Part shown: piece after piece, positions 24,532 to 37,620 of the stretch
Position numbering within the stretch: the first letter of the stretch is position 1
Layout of the letters: the number at the start of each line of letters is the position of its first letter
From: Eledone cirrhosa
Lineage: Eukaryota
Direction of reading: 5' to 3'
Assembly (NCBI GenBank): GCA_964016885.1
Contig: OZ024744.1
Coordinates: 126,914,001-126,978,000, forward strand
DNA: 64,000 nt
The notes under the pieces: generated by a model
Seen by the model: the letters and a program-made list of their open reading frames with translations, nothing else
What the model was told of the DNA's origin: nothing
Databases searched by the model: none
Position numbers and translations under genes: made by a program

Positions 24532-26394
24532 ATGGAAAATAAATTGAGTGAAAAGGTTAAATGCGAAACACAATCGAAAATGTTTAGTATTCCGGGCGAG
24601 ATGACAAAGGTTGGAGAAGAGAAAGCATATCACTGCAATATCTGTGGTAAATCATTCAATATACGTAGTACCTTAACTACTCACAAAGTTATACATACAG
24701 GAGACAAACCATATCACTGTAATATCTGTAGTAAATCAATCTCTGGGAAAAGTAGCCTAACTAGTCACAACCATTTACCTACAGGTGAGAAGCCATATCA
24801 CTGTGATATCTGTGGTAAATCATTCACTAAAAGTAGTACCTTAACTACTCACAACCATTTACATACAGGTGAGAAGCCATATCACTGTGATATCTGTGGT
24901 AAAACATTCCCTCGAAGTGATGCATTAACTAAACACTTACGTACCCATACAGGAGACAAGCCATACCACTGTGACATCTGTGGTAAATCATTCTCTCAAA
25001 GTAGTCACTTAACTAGACATAAACGTATACATACAGGACAGAGGACATATCACTGTGATATCTGTGGTAAATCATTCAATAAAAGTAGTACCTTGACTAC
25101 ACACCTGCGTATACATACAGGGTATATGTCATATCACTGTGATATCTGTGGTAAATCTTTCTCTGAGAGTAGTTCCTTAACTAGCCACAAACGTATGCAT
25201 ACAGGAGACAAGCCATACCACTGTGATATCTGTGGTAAATCATTCTCTGAGAGTAGTAAGTTAACTAGACACAAATATATACATACAGGAGAGAAGCCAT
25301 ACCACTGTGATATCTGTGGTAAATCATTCTCTGATAGTAGTACCTTAACTAGACACAAACGTACCCATACAGGAGACAAGCCATATCACTGTGATATCTG
25401 TGGTAAATCATTCTCATTAAGTAGTAAGTTAACTAGACACAAACATATGCATACAGGAGAGAAGCCATACCACTGTGATATCTGTGGTAAATCATTCTCT
25501 GATAGTAGTACCTTAACTAGACACAAACGTACCCATACAGGAGACAAGCCATATCACTGTGATATCTGTGGTAAATCATTCTCATTAAGTAGTAAGTTAA
25601 CTAGACACAAACATATGCATACAGGAGAGAAGCCATATCACTGTGATATCTGTGGTAAATCATTCTCTGATAGTAGTACCTTAACTAAACACAAACGTAC
25701 CCATACAGGAGACAAGCCATATCATTGTGATATCTGTGGTAAATCATTCTCATTAAGTAGTACCTTAACTAGCCACAAACATATACATACAGGAGACAAG
25801 CCATATCGCTGTGATATCTGTGGTAAATCATTCTCTCGAAGTAGTCACTTAACTTCCCACAAACGTATACATACAGGAGACAAGCCATTTCACTGTGATA
25901 TCTGTGGTAAATCATTCTCTCGAAGTAGTCACTTAACTTCCCACAAACGTATACATACAGGAGACAAGCCATACCACTGTGATATCTGTGGTAAATCATT
26001 CTCTGATAGTAGTACCTTAACTAAACACATACATACCCATACAGGAGACAAGCCATACCACTGTGATAGCTGTGGTAAATCATTCTCTCAAAGTGGTCAC
26101 TTAACTTTACACAAACGAATACATACAGGTGAGAAGCCATATCGCTGTGATATCTGTGGTAAATCATTCTCTGATAGTAGTACCTTAACTAAACACAAAC
26201 ATACCCATACAGGAGACAAGCCGTACCACTGTGATATCTGTGGTAAATCATTCTCTCAAAGTAGTACCTTAACTAGACACAAACATATACATACAGGAGA
26301 GAAGCCATACCACTGTGATATCTGTGGTAAATCATTCTCTGGGGAAAGTAGCCTAACTACTCACAAACTCATACATGCAGAGGAGAAATCTTAA
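24532..26394 (+). CDS. Poly-C2H2 zinc-finger protein ZNF3 (620 aa, 21 finger units, intact ORF)
   Basis: ATG, 32-aa leader, uninterrupted array (unit 2 lacks its last His); acceptor at 24354. Confidence 0.92.
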   Translation: MENKLSEKVKCETQSKMFSIPGEMTKVGEEKAYHCNICGKSFNIRSTLTTHKVIHTGDKPYHCNICSKSISGKSSLTSHNHLPTGEKPYHCDICGKSFTKSSTLTTHNHLHTGEKPYHCDICGKTFPRSDALTKHLRTHTGDKPYHCDICGKSFSQSSHLTRHKRIHTGQRTYHCDICGKSFNKSSTLTTHLRIHTGYMSYHCDICGKSFSESSSLTSHKRMHTGDKPYHCDICGKSFSESSKLTRHKYIHTGEKPYHCDICGKSFSDSSTLTRHKRTHTGDKPYHCDICGKSFSLSSKLTRHKHMHTGEKPYHCDICGKSFSDSSTLTRHKRTHTGDKPYHCDICGKSFSLSSKLTRHKHMHTGEKPYHCDICGKSFSDSSTLTKHKRTHTGDKPYHCDICGKSFSLSSTLTSHKHIHTGDKPYRCDICGKSFSRSSHLTSHKRIHTGDKPFHCDICGKSFSRSSHLTSHKRIHTGDKPYHCDICGKSFSDSSTLTKHIHTHTGDKPYHCDSCGKSFSQSGHLTLHKRIHTGEKPYRCDICGKSFSDSSTLTKHKHTHTGDKPYHCDICGKSFSQSSTLTRHKHIHTGEKPYHCDICGKSFSGESSLTTHKLIHAEEKS

Positions 26395-26739
26395 CGAATT
26401 GACATCAGTGATAAATCCTCGCAAAATTGTGAATTAATGAGAATACAAATATATATCAGTGTAATATCTATGGTAAATCATTCTCTTTCAATGCTACATT
26501 AACACAAATATATACAGGTGGGAAGCCATATCACTTTGATATGTTTGGAAAATATATCTTTTAATGCAGCAATTTAACTAAATATATGCATAGATGAGGG
26601 AAAACATATCATCATCATCATCATCATTTTACGTCTGCTTTTCCCTGCTTGCAAGGGTGGGATGAATCCTATTCAACACAGCATCTCTCCACTTGTCACG
26701 GTCCTTTGTCATATACACCGTGAGCCCATGTAAATCATT

Positions 26740-27200
26740 TTCTAATTTTGGTTTCACTAGACACTAACATACAGGAGAAGAACTATATCACTGTGATGTC
26801 TGTGGTAAATCCTTCTCTATATGTTTTGGTTTCACTAAACACTAACATACAGGAGAGGAACCATATCACTGTGATAAATCATTCTCTAAATGTTGTGGTT
26901 TAACTAGACACTAATATACAGGAGAGGAACCATATCACTGTGATGTCTGTAGTAAATCATTCTCTAAATGTTGTGGCTTCACTACACACTAATATACAGG
27001 AAAGGAACCATATCCCTGTGATGTCTGTGATAAATCATACTCTAAATGTTGTGGCCTGCCTACACACTAACATATACAGGAGAGGAACCATATCCCTGTG
27101 GTGTCTGTGATAAATCATTCTCTAAATGTTGTGACTTCACTACACACTAACATATACAGGAGAGGAACCATATCATTGTGGTGTCTATGGTAAATAATTC
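26740..27200 (+). repeat. Degenerate zinc-finger-derived repeats downstream of ZNF3
   Basis: acaggagaggaaccatatcactgtgatgtctgt units, ~6 copies. Confidence 0.85.
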
Positions 27201-27469
27201 TCTTGTAAATGTTACTTGATGCAACACAAACACAATCAGACAAGGTAAAAACCATGTCACTCACCTAAAATACTGCCACCAATGTTGTTAATATCTTGAA
27301 TAAAACTGTTTTACTAAGAAATTCTTCTTCTTTCATTTTATTTGTAGAAGTTGTAACCAAGACTTGTGCTGACAAAACTGTATTGTTCAGAATTGACATA
27401 TGCTATATGTGAATGTATGTGTGTAGAAATTTGTGTCCATGTATATGTTTGTATATAAGTATGTGCATA

Positions 27470-27807
27470 TCATCATCATCATCATTTTGTGTCCGCTTTT
27501 CCCTGCTTGCAAGGGTGGGACTGAATTGATTCTGGCTTGATTTCTACAGCTGGATGCCCTTCCTAACACCAACCTCATTTACAGTGAATGCTGGGTGCTT
27601 TTTGCCGTGGCACCTCCACGACCACTTTGCAGTGGAATGATAGGAACCCCAGTCCCTATCATCTCATTTCTTCAGTTGAATAAACTGGAGCAATGTGAAA
27701 TAAAGTGTCTTGCTCAAGGAAACATCACATCACACAGTCTGAGAATTGAACTCACAACCTTTCGATTGCAAGGCCAATGCTCTAACCACTAAGACATGTG
27801 CCTCCAC
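27470..27807 (-). mobile_element. Full-length CORE-like SINE
   Basis: Same family as 16171-16512. Confidence 0.9.
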
Positions 27808-28959
27808 TGTGCATATCTGTATTTGATTTATTTATTATGTATGTGTGTATATGTACGTCATCTTCATCAACATCATCACTGTTTTTATGTTCGTTTTTCT
27901 ATGCTTCCTTGGGCTGGACATGTCCTTCTCAACATGGCATCTTTCAACTTGTCGTGTTCCTTTGTCATCTCCTCTGTGAGAGTCAGTTCACACAGCCTCT
28001 GTCCAGGTCTTTCTTGGTGTACCTCTACTATGGCTTCTTTCTACTGTGATATCCTGGCACTTCTTCACCCAGCTGTCATTATCCATGTGTATCACATGTC
28101 CGTACCAATCCAGTCTTCTCTCTTACACATCTCATAAGATCCCTCTTAAACCCAGCTTCTCCCTCAATTTGTCCAAGCTCTGCCTTTCTCTCACACTTAA
28201 ATGGCACATCCAATGTATCATGGTTGCTTCATTCCTCTCCAGTCTACACTTTTTTTCTACTGTCACAGCCCTTGTTTCACTACCATGCAGCATCATATTT
28301 TATTGGCAGGTGTTATACAGTCATCCTCCACTGCTAATTAAGTCACAGAAGCTATCAACCACTTCAATGTGTGTATAATTACAAGTGTATCTTTATGTGT
28401 TTGTGTATATATGTGTATACATCTGCATAGATTTGCAGTATATGATACAGCCGGGAGAACATCTCATATTATCTGGGTCCTTCTAGCAGATCCAGCAAGT
28501 GACACATATATATATATATTATATATATATGTATAATATATATATATACATATATATATCGTCAGTCGATCGACTTTCGTCAAATTGGACCGAAGAAACA
28601 ATGTTTCCATTGGTCTTTCCAATTGCTAATACTATCTATTGGTCACAACTCCAGGTAGAAGGAGCAACGTGAAGTAAAGTGTCTTGCTCAAGGACATAAC
28701 ACATCACCCGGTCTGAGATTTGAACTCACAACCTTTCAATTACAAGCCCAATGTTCTAACCACTAAGCCATATATATTATATATATATTGCTAGCCGAAT
28801 GTGCTGGAGATCGCTAAATCGCCTAATGCGGTCCCTAGGGCATTGAAAATTTGAAATTTTTCTCCTCAAAACACTCACAGGACTATAAATATTACATGTC
28901 TAAAGTTTAAAGACAATCGGTTGGGTGGTTCTTCAGTTTTAGGCATTCTCTATTTTAGA

Positions 28960-29545
28960 TATCATCATCATCCTCATCACTGTTTTACGTCCGTTCTTCC
29001 ACGTTAGCATGGGTTAGACAGGTTGTCCTGTTCTGGGCAGTGTCTGGTCGGCTGACCATTCCTTGCTCATACAGGAACTGGTCTGGCTTGATTTCTACAG
29101 CTGGATGCCCTTTCTAACACCAACCTCATTTACAGTGAGTGCTGGGTGCTTTTCGTGGCGCCTACACGTCCACTTTACAGTGTGGGCTGGGTGCTTTTTT
29201 GCCGTGGCACCTCCACGACCACCTTGCAGTGGGGGGTGTGGGGGCATATTGTCTATATGCTTCAACTTGTACCCATGGGAGGTCGGGTACTCTGTATTAC
29301 TGCGTGACGCCAGAGGTCACGGTCGTGTGTCATTGCCTTTGAGAGGTGTAATTGGGTAGGGTCGGCTTTTATTACCTCATCCCAGGTCATCTTGGGTCTC
29401 CCCACTCCGCGGCTTCCATCGACTTCTAGTGCTCTGCACCTTTTTATGCAGCTATCATCCTTCATACGCATCACATGTCCATACCAACGCAACCGACTCT
29501 CCTGCACACAGCATTTGATTCCTCTGATGCTCAGTCTGTCTCTCA
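28960..29545 (-). mobile_element. RTE 3' fragment
   Basis: RLRWYGHVMRMKDDSCIKRC..GRPKMTW and (GAT)n tail. Confidence 0.85.
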
Positions 29546-29927
29546 GATATATATAGATATATATATTATATTATATATATATATATGTTATATATATTAT
29601 ATGATATATATATATTATATATATTATATGATATATATATATATTATATATATATATATTATATATATATTATATATATATCAACCCATACTATAAAGTG
29701 GACATGTAGGCACCACGGAAGAAAAGTACCCATCTCTCAGTGTAAATAAGGTTTGTGTTCGGAAGGGCATCCAGCTGTAGAAAGCAAGGCAGAATCAGTT
29801 CCCGTATGAGCAAGACAAGGTCAGCCAACCGGACACTGCCCACAACAGGACAGCCCGTCTAACCCATGCTAGCATAGAAGAACGGACGTAAAACAGTGAT
29901 GATGATGATATATATATATATATATAT

Positions 29928-31335
29928 ATCATCATCATCATCATCATTTTACGTTCGCTTTTCCCTGCTTGCAAGGGTGGGAAGGGTCTTATTAAGCTCA
30001 GCATCTCTCCACTCGTCACGGTCCTTCGTCATCTCCACCGTGAGCTTCAATGATCTGAGGTCTGTTCTCACCACCTCCACCCATGTTTTTCGTGGTCTAC
30101 CCCTACCACGTACTCAACTGGCATTTCATGGCACTTCTTCACCCATCGGTCATCCTCCATGTTCATGACATGTCCATACCACCTCAGTCTCCTCTCCCAT
30201 ACACTACATTCTATCCCTCTCAGACACAGTTTCTCTCTCAACACATTTATGCTGGGTCGTTCATGCACATTTACACTGCATGCAGCATCGCGCTCAACAC
30301 ACAAGCATCATACAACCGGCCTTTCGTACGCAGGAAGAAACCCTTCTTCGCCAGCAGAGGAAGCAGCTCCCTAAACTTCTTCCAACCCGTCCTTATTCTA
30401 GATACTATGGCCTCGGAACACCCTCCTCCCATGCTAATCTGATCTCCGAGGTACCGGAAGCTATCCACCACTTCTATAGCGCCCTCCTGCATTTGAAAAA
30501 TGTGTCTATCAATGCGACTTCTACTGTCTAATTTCCCTGTACATCTACTGCATACGTATTTCTCCCTACCTGTTAGTTTGCCTGCTATCCCACTACATCT
30601 CTTGTGTACCCAACATCTGCATTGTGTGCATTTTATAGAATTTATGCCAGTTCCTTTTCTGCATATCGAATATGGCCATTTCCTTGAGGGAATCAGAGTT
30701 TTGTCCTCTTTTCTACTCATCAACACTTTTGTCTTAGCTAGGTTCACCCTCAGTCCTCTTGCTTCCAACTGCTGTTTCCATAGCCAGAATTTATTCTCTA
30801 GCTCCTCTACTGATTCTGCTATAAGAACCAGATCGTCAGCATAGAGAAGTTCCCATGCACAGCCAGTCTTAAACTCCTCTGTTATGGCTTGGAGGCCTAT
30901 AATGAACAAGAGCAGGCTGAGGACCGAACCTTGATGTACTCTTACTTGTATCTGGAATTCCTCACTAAACTCCATTCCTACCCTGACTTTACTGACAGCA
31001 CCTCTGTACATAGTTTGCACTGTCCTCACAAGCCATTCCTCAAAACCTAGTTTCCTTAGGGACCTCCAGATGACAGATCGGGGAACCCTATCAAAGGCCT
31101 TCTCTAGGTCAACAAAGGCTAAGTATAGTGACTTATTCTTCTCTCAGAACCTCTCTTGCAATTGTCTCACCAAGAAGAGGGCATCTGTTGTTCTCTTCCC
31201 AGGCACAAAACCAAACTGCATCTCATCTAGTTTGACCCTTTCTCTAATTAGTTGTGTTAATATCCTTTCTGCCACTTTCATAACCCGATCCATCAGTTTT
31301 ATACCCCTATAATTGCTCCTCTCCGGATCATCCCC
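29928..31335 (-). mobile_element. 5'-truncated RTE LINE (RT to tail)
   Basis: ORF 30271-31029: HQGSVLS, LYADD, Cys cluster, FRYLGD; tail at ~29930-29980. Confidence 0.92.
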
Positions 31336-31396
31336 TTTTTATATATACATATATATATATATATATTATATATCATATATTATATATGTATACATA

Positions 31397-32256
31397 CAGG
31401 GTGCGGACGATAATTATTCGCAAGATTACTGTCTAGGAAATAATAACACAGTAGTTTTGTTTTTTAAGATTTATTTATCAAACTTGGGTCAGTTTGTCTT
31501 CATGACTTGTTCTTTCAATCTCACTTGATAAACCTGCCATTGGCTTTTATGACGGCTTCGAAACCGCCTACAGGCCTTCGTCACTGTCCCCTGACTTAGG
31601 CCCCTAAAGGCACTTGTGATCCTGGCCTTCAGATCGTCTTTCGTATTGCAGCTAGATCTGTTGGTGTCTTGTTTCACTGCGCCCCACACAAAGAAGTCGA
31701 GAGGATTGCAGTCAGGCTAGCTGGGCGGCCAGATGTCAGGGGAGGTAAGGTCAACGAAGTTCTCTGTCAGATAGGCTTGGATCATTCGGCTGGTATGGCA
31801 GGGCGCTGAGTCTTGCTGCCACACGTACGGCCTACCTGCAGCTACCTGGTCCATCAAGGGCTTTACTACCTCGCTCAGAACGCGAATGTAGCCATCGGTG
31901 TTCAGCTTGAGACCCTCAGGGAAGCAGTCAGGTGGCATGACGACACCTAAGACCACTGTTGTCGGTGGAAACTTTATCTGTATGACTCTGGGCACGTCTT
32001 TGGATGAGACAGCGAGCCACATGTTGTTCTGGGAGTTAACTTCTGGTCTTATTTGTCCTCCCGGCGCAGATTCCAAGAAGAACTCCGTGTCTCTGCCACA
32101 AATTTGGAGGTTCAAAATTATTCATAATCGATTATTCTGAAAATAAATAATGGAAATATAGTCACTGTTTTTATGAGGACAAGAGTGACAATGGAGTAAA
32201 AAAAATTGGCATAAAATTAGCAGTTGAAAATTGCGACCAAATATCGTCCACACATG
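31397..32256 (-). mobile_element. maT (DD37D) element, inverted paralogue of 15326-16150
   Basis: ORFs 31717-32115 and 31489-31689 carry transposase C-terminal motifs; same TAG after WPPS as the other copy. Confidence 0.88.
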
Positions 32257-32330
32257 TACATATATATATCATATATACATACATATATATATACATCTAT
32301 ATTCATATATATATATATACATATATATGT

Positions 32331-34863
32331 ACAATATAGAGGAACAATGGGAATTCCTGAAAGCAAACTTGCTGATGGCAGCAGATGAAATCTGTGTCTG
32401 GAGCAGATCTATAGGCAGGAGGAGAGTAACATGGTGGTGGAACAGTAAGGGGGATGAGTCAATTAAGGCCAAAAAGCAGGCTTGGAAAGCATGGTGGGAT
32501 GGGGGAAGTATAGAACACTATCTGGTGGCCAGGAGGGAAGCTAGGAGATAAGTGTACTTTGCAAGAAGGGAAGCAGAGGAAAGAAAGTTCAAGCATGTTC
32601 TACAACGCGAGGACCAAAAACGTGAGGTGTTCAGGATTGCTAGGCAATGTGTCAAGGAAAACCGTGATATTTTAGGGGAGAAGTGTGTACTTAATGATGA
32701 TGGCGTACTTGCCATCACTGACGCTGATAAGAAGGTAGCTTGGAAGTGTCACTACGAAAGGCTACTAAATGAGGAGAATAAATGGGAGAAAGACAGTCTC
32801 CCCCACATCGACCCAATAGAGGGAACAGCAGTGTTAGTCGAAGGTAGTATAATAAGTAAGGCAATCAAAGATATGAAGACGGGTAAGGCGGCTGGGCTTT
32901 CGGAAATAGTTGCTGAAATGCTGAAATACTTGGAACGGTGGGACACACCATGGTCACACGGATAGTAAACCAAGTCATACAGAATGGGGTTGTTCCGAAG
33001 GACTGGCATAGCAGCATCATCATTAACTGCTACAAGGGTAAAGGAGATGCCCTAGATAGGAGTAACAATAGAGGCATTAAATTAATCGACCAGGTCATGA
33101 AGGTCACAGAAAAAGTAATAGTGCAACTAATCAGAGAGAGAATTGATCTAGATGAAATGCAGTTCGGGTTTGTGTCTGGCAAAAGTACCACAGACGCTCT
33201 TTTCATTGTACGACAACTACAGGAGAAGTACCTAGCTAAAAGTAAACCCCTATACTTAGGTTTTGTCGACTTGGAGAAAGCCTTCGACAGAGTCCCCCGT
33301 TCCATTATCTGGTGGGCTCTTAGAAAACTAGGTGTTGATGAATGGCTTGTGAGAGCTATACAAGCCATGTATAAAGAAACAGTCAGCAAGGTTAGAATTA
33401 ACAACGAATATAGTGAAGAGTTTAGCGTAAAAGTTGGTGTTCATCAGGGCTCCGTTCTTATCCCCCTACTATTTATTATTGCCCTTCAGGCTATAACAGT
33501 GGAGTTCAAGACCGGCTGCCCATGGGAACTCCTATACGCAGATGATCTAACGCTCATAGCTGAATCAATGGCCGAACTAGAGAAGAAATTCCAAACATGC
33601 AAGCATGGCCTAGAATCAAAAGGCCTTAAAATTAACCTGTCTAAGACTAAAGTTCTAGTTTGTAGGAAGGAAAATAGGGCGCCGGTCCTATCCGGGAAAT
33701 GGCCATGCTCAGTGTGTAGGAAAGGAGTAGGTAGAATCTCCATTTTATGTCCCAAATGCAAAGTATGGGTGCATAAAAGATGTAGGGGGATCACAAGTAA
33801 GCTAACTAAGAACATAGATTTTATATGTGGCCGGTGCTCTGGTGCAATAAGTAGCAGCAAGTGCCCACAGAATACTAGCTCATTCGATTGCACAGATGGT
33901 TCTATAGAAATAGTGGACAGCTTCCGTTACCTGGGTGACAAAATCAGCAGTAGGGGTGGGTGCTCTGAAAGTACAGTAGCTAGAGTCAGAACTGGATGGA
34001 AAAAGTTCAGAGAGCTTATACCACTATTAGCCGCTAAAGGGTTCTCCCTAAAACTGAAAGGCAGGTTGTATGATGCCTGCATACGAACATAAATGTTGCA
34101 TGGCAGTGAGACCTGGGCATTGTGTGCAGAGGATATACGCAGACTAGAGAGGAACGAAGCTTGCATGCTCCGCTGGATGTGTAATAGTAATATACGTGAA
34201 CGGCAAAGCATAAACAAACTAAGGGAGAAATTAGGAATAAGAGGGATCAGATGTTGTTTACTCGAGAGAAGACTACGTTGGTATGGTCACGTGATGCGCA
34301 TGAAAGACGACAGCTGTATAACAAAGTGCAGGGCAATAAAAATAGGCGGTAGCCACGGAGTAGGCAGTTCCTGAAAAACCTGGGACGACTTGATAAATTC
34401 CGACCTCACACACTTACACCTCTCCAAGACAATGTCTCTGGACCGAGATCTTTGGCGCTACACAGTAATAGAGAAGACCCGCCTTACCTAAATACAAAGT
34501 AAAACCTACTACAGTCAGTAGACACCTCTAACAAAATATACCCACACCCTATCCACTTCACCTCTTTCCATGTAAAGTTATGTTGGTACCACAACATCCA
34601 GGCCGAAACAAATGAGGTCGTGTAGGTCTCACAACAAAAAAAACACAGTCCACGCTGTAATGTGGCCGTGTAGATAACACGGTAAAAACCTCCCAGTTCT
34701 ACACTGTAAATGTGGTTGGTGTTAAGAAGGGCATCCAGCCGTAGAAAATCCGCCAGACAGTCCTATGCGAACAAGACAAACACTCTTGCCTCAAGTGGGA
34801 AAACTCCCGTCCAAACCCATGCAAGCGTGGAACATGGACGTTAAACGATGATGATGATGATGA
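32331..34863 (+). mobile_element. Longest RTE LINE copy (5'-truncated; linker, RT with embedded PHD-type finger, C-terminus, 3' UTR)
   Basis: Consecutive ORF pieces 32331-34490 broken by three stops and one frameshift; TWWWN, QFGF, FVDLEKAFD, HQGS, YADD, FRYLG, LRWYGHV; (GAT)n tail. Confidence 0.95.
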
Positions 34864-34938
34864 TATATATATACATATATATATCATCATCATCATCCTT
34901 TAACGTCCACTTTGCACGCTAGCATGGGTTATATATAT

Positions 34939-34980
<42 letters not shown>

Positions 34981-35832
34981 GTATATATATATACATTCTT
35001 TTGTTCAATTTTTTCTGTGATGTGCCCTTTTAAGCAATTTTCCTGCTGATTCAATCTTATATATCATCTTGCAGACTAAATAGAGGGTATTGTAGTGACC
35101 TACATTCCGAGGGCTCATGGATACATTCTCTGTGCGCTGTTTGGCTCAGTTCAACCAATCGCTACCAGCGTAGGAAAATGTATCTCGACATCCGCCCAGA
35201 AGGAAAAATTTCCGGAGAGATTCGAAACTCTCTCTCTTGCAACTCGACACTGTGAAGGTAAACATCTCTTGCTTTCGTTCCTCAAGCATAGACAATATGC
35301 AGCAACAGATATCACTACAGGTCTGGCTAAAGCCTCAGCCAGTTGACCGTACGTCTTTAAATCTTTATAACCTTTTTATTGATAACATTAACTATCCTCT
35401 GAAGAGACATTCTTCTAACCTTTGTAATCTGTAAATAAATTATATATAAACAATTACAAAGTCGTACGATGCTATTTTCCACAACATTGCTTTTAACATC
35501 TTCAATGGTGACTTCCGTCATACAATACACAAAAATACACACATTCTCAACACAAACATCTACTAAACGTAAGAGTTTAAAGAAAGAAAAGTCTGTAATG
35601 GATAATTTCACTGCTATTTCTAGCAGTCAGAGACACTACGTAGATATATAATTGATATTTTACTGAGTGATACCTTTTCATTTACTATCGATTAAATACA
35701 ATTGGAACTGTCTGAATGTATTAAATTATATCAGGGACTTTTAACTAATGACACCGGTAAGGGAGTTAAATCATTTCCAACGACATCGAGTACCTGCTGT
35801 CTTCTTAATCTAATTATATCTTGTGTAACAAT

Positions 35833-35874
<42 letters not shown>

Positions 35875-36054
35875 ATTTTATTTCCCCGACATCAGTCTTA
35901 CACTGTCATATCTATTCTTACTTTACAATTGTGTCTACTAAGAGTTCCATTACAATCTGTAGTAGTAAAACTACTATTTCACCAGAACATCTGCTATCAG
36001 TCATTTATAGACAATATATATATTTTAGACCACATATCAACCTAATATATATAT

Positions 36055-36272
36055 ATTTCCTATGAAATGTGTAGCTCAAGACATAAAGTCAGCCTCACTA
36101 CTTCATTCTGCCAAGATATCAATTTATGACTAAAGATGAAGAAGAGACACCAACGTTAATGTCGTGAAATAAAGCTGATAACATCTTTGAAACTTCTAAT
36201 TTGATAACAAAGAGATTATTTCTTTGGTTAGTAAAAACTAACAACACAACACATCGATTATATCTGAAGGAG
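36055..36272 (+). other. Paralogue of the putative ZNF first exon, with no downstream plus-strand ZNF in the window
   Basis: Inverted homologue of 14020-14240; donor gaaggag|gtaagt at 36272/36273; homology ends ~36310. Confidence 0.45.
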
Positions 36273-36454
36273 GTAAGTTGTCAAAGATTTACTTGAAGTC
36301 TATAATAATGATAGCCACAAATACTAAGTGCTATACTGTACATTAGATAATGTAGTCCTAGATAAACTGTCTTATAGCCACTAATACTAAATACTGTACT
36401 GTAGATTAGATAAAGTAGTCCTAGATACACTATGTCTGATAGTCACTAGTATAT

Positions 36455-36775
36455 ACGGAGTTCTCAGGGAGATTCAGCGAGATGTATGACATGGCTTCCC
36501 TTTGAAATACATGTAGAACCCATCTTATATTATAATGTGACTGAGTATTTCATTGACACATATACCGTTGACATTGTTCTCAGGGAGATTCAGTGTGACA
36601 ATTCTATGTAACAACGTTTCCACTATAATTACTGGTACAACTTATTATTTTTCCAGTTGGGTGAAATAAAACAATGAGAAATAATGTGTCTTGTTCAAGG
36701 CCTCAACGTACAGACCACCCGTCTGGGATTCGAACTCACGAACCATACGTTCATGTAATGCGTGCTATCACCGCC
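36455..36775 (-). mobile_element. Old SINE remnant
   Basis: gttctcagggagattcag twice, gaaataatgtgtcttgttcaagg, B-box-like ggattcgaactc. Confidence 0.55.
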
Positions 36776-37269
36776 TAAAACCGGTTTCCTCCACATAAAA
36801 TACACAGGAATGACAATCCGGATTAATTCACTAACAAGAATTACAATAAGTCGCTGAGAGTGATCTCCCTTGGCTGACTTTAAAATCTTTTCTTCCATTA
36901 GAAATTAATTTGTTTCTTGTCCGGCTGAAAGACTCTGGAGTTTTTACCTGTCTTGGGTTTAATTAATGAGGAATTTTGAGGTATTTATAACAATTATTAA
37001 TTATTTCATTACTGAGATATCATTGGAAGGATTTACTAAAGTTTTTAATTATTAATTATTTTATTAGTAACTTAACATGTGGTTCTTGTATAAAATTATG
37101 TTGGAAGATTTTAGGAAGAAGCTATGTAGCCGGTCCCGGTAAAATAGACTCCCAGACTATGTAGCCGGTAAGAGTGTCAGACTCCTTGTGTTGCGGCCCT
37201 TTTCCACCATCAATTGCTAAAAAACAAGTTAAAATCATTTAGTCGTCAATTCGTAACGTACGTTACACT

Positions 37270-37620
37270 TTAGTTACATACACATCTACTGTGTTATATA
37301 CACACACATCTACTGTGTTACATAGACATCTACTGTGTTACATACACACACAACTACTGTGTTATATATACACACACACTTCTACTGTGTTACACACACA
37401 TATCTACTGAGTTACATACACACACATCTACTGAGTTATATACACATCTCCTATGTGATATACACACATCTACTGTGTTACATACTCGCACATCTACTAA
37501 GTTACATACACACACATCTACTGAGTTACATACACACACATCTACTGGGTTACACATCTACTCATACATATTCATAAATAGACACACGATACAAAATAAT
37601 TATTACATACACACACATCT
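37270..37620. repeat. Irregular ~20-26-bp tandem repeat (acacacatctactg[t/a]gttacat)
   Basis: About 12 visible units. Confidence 0.8.
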
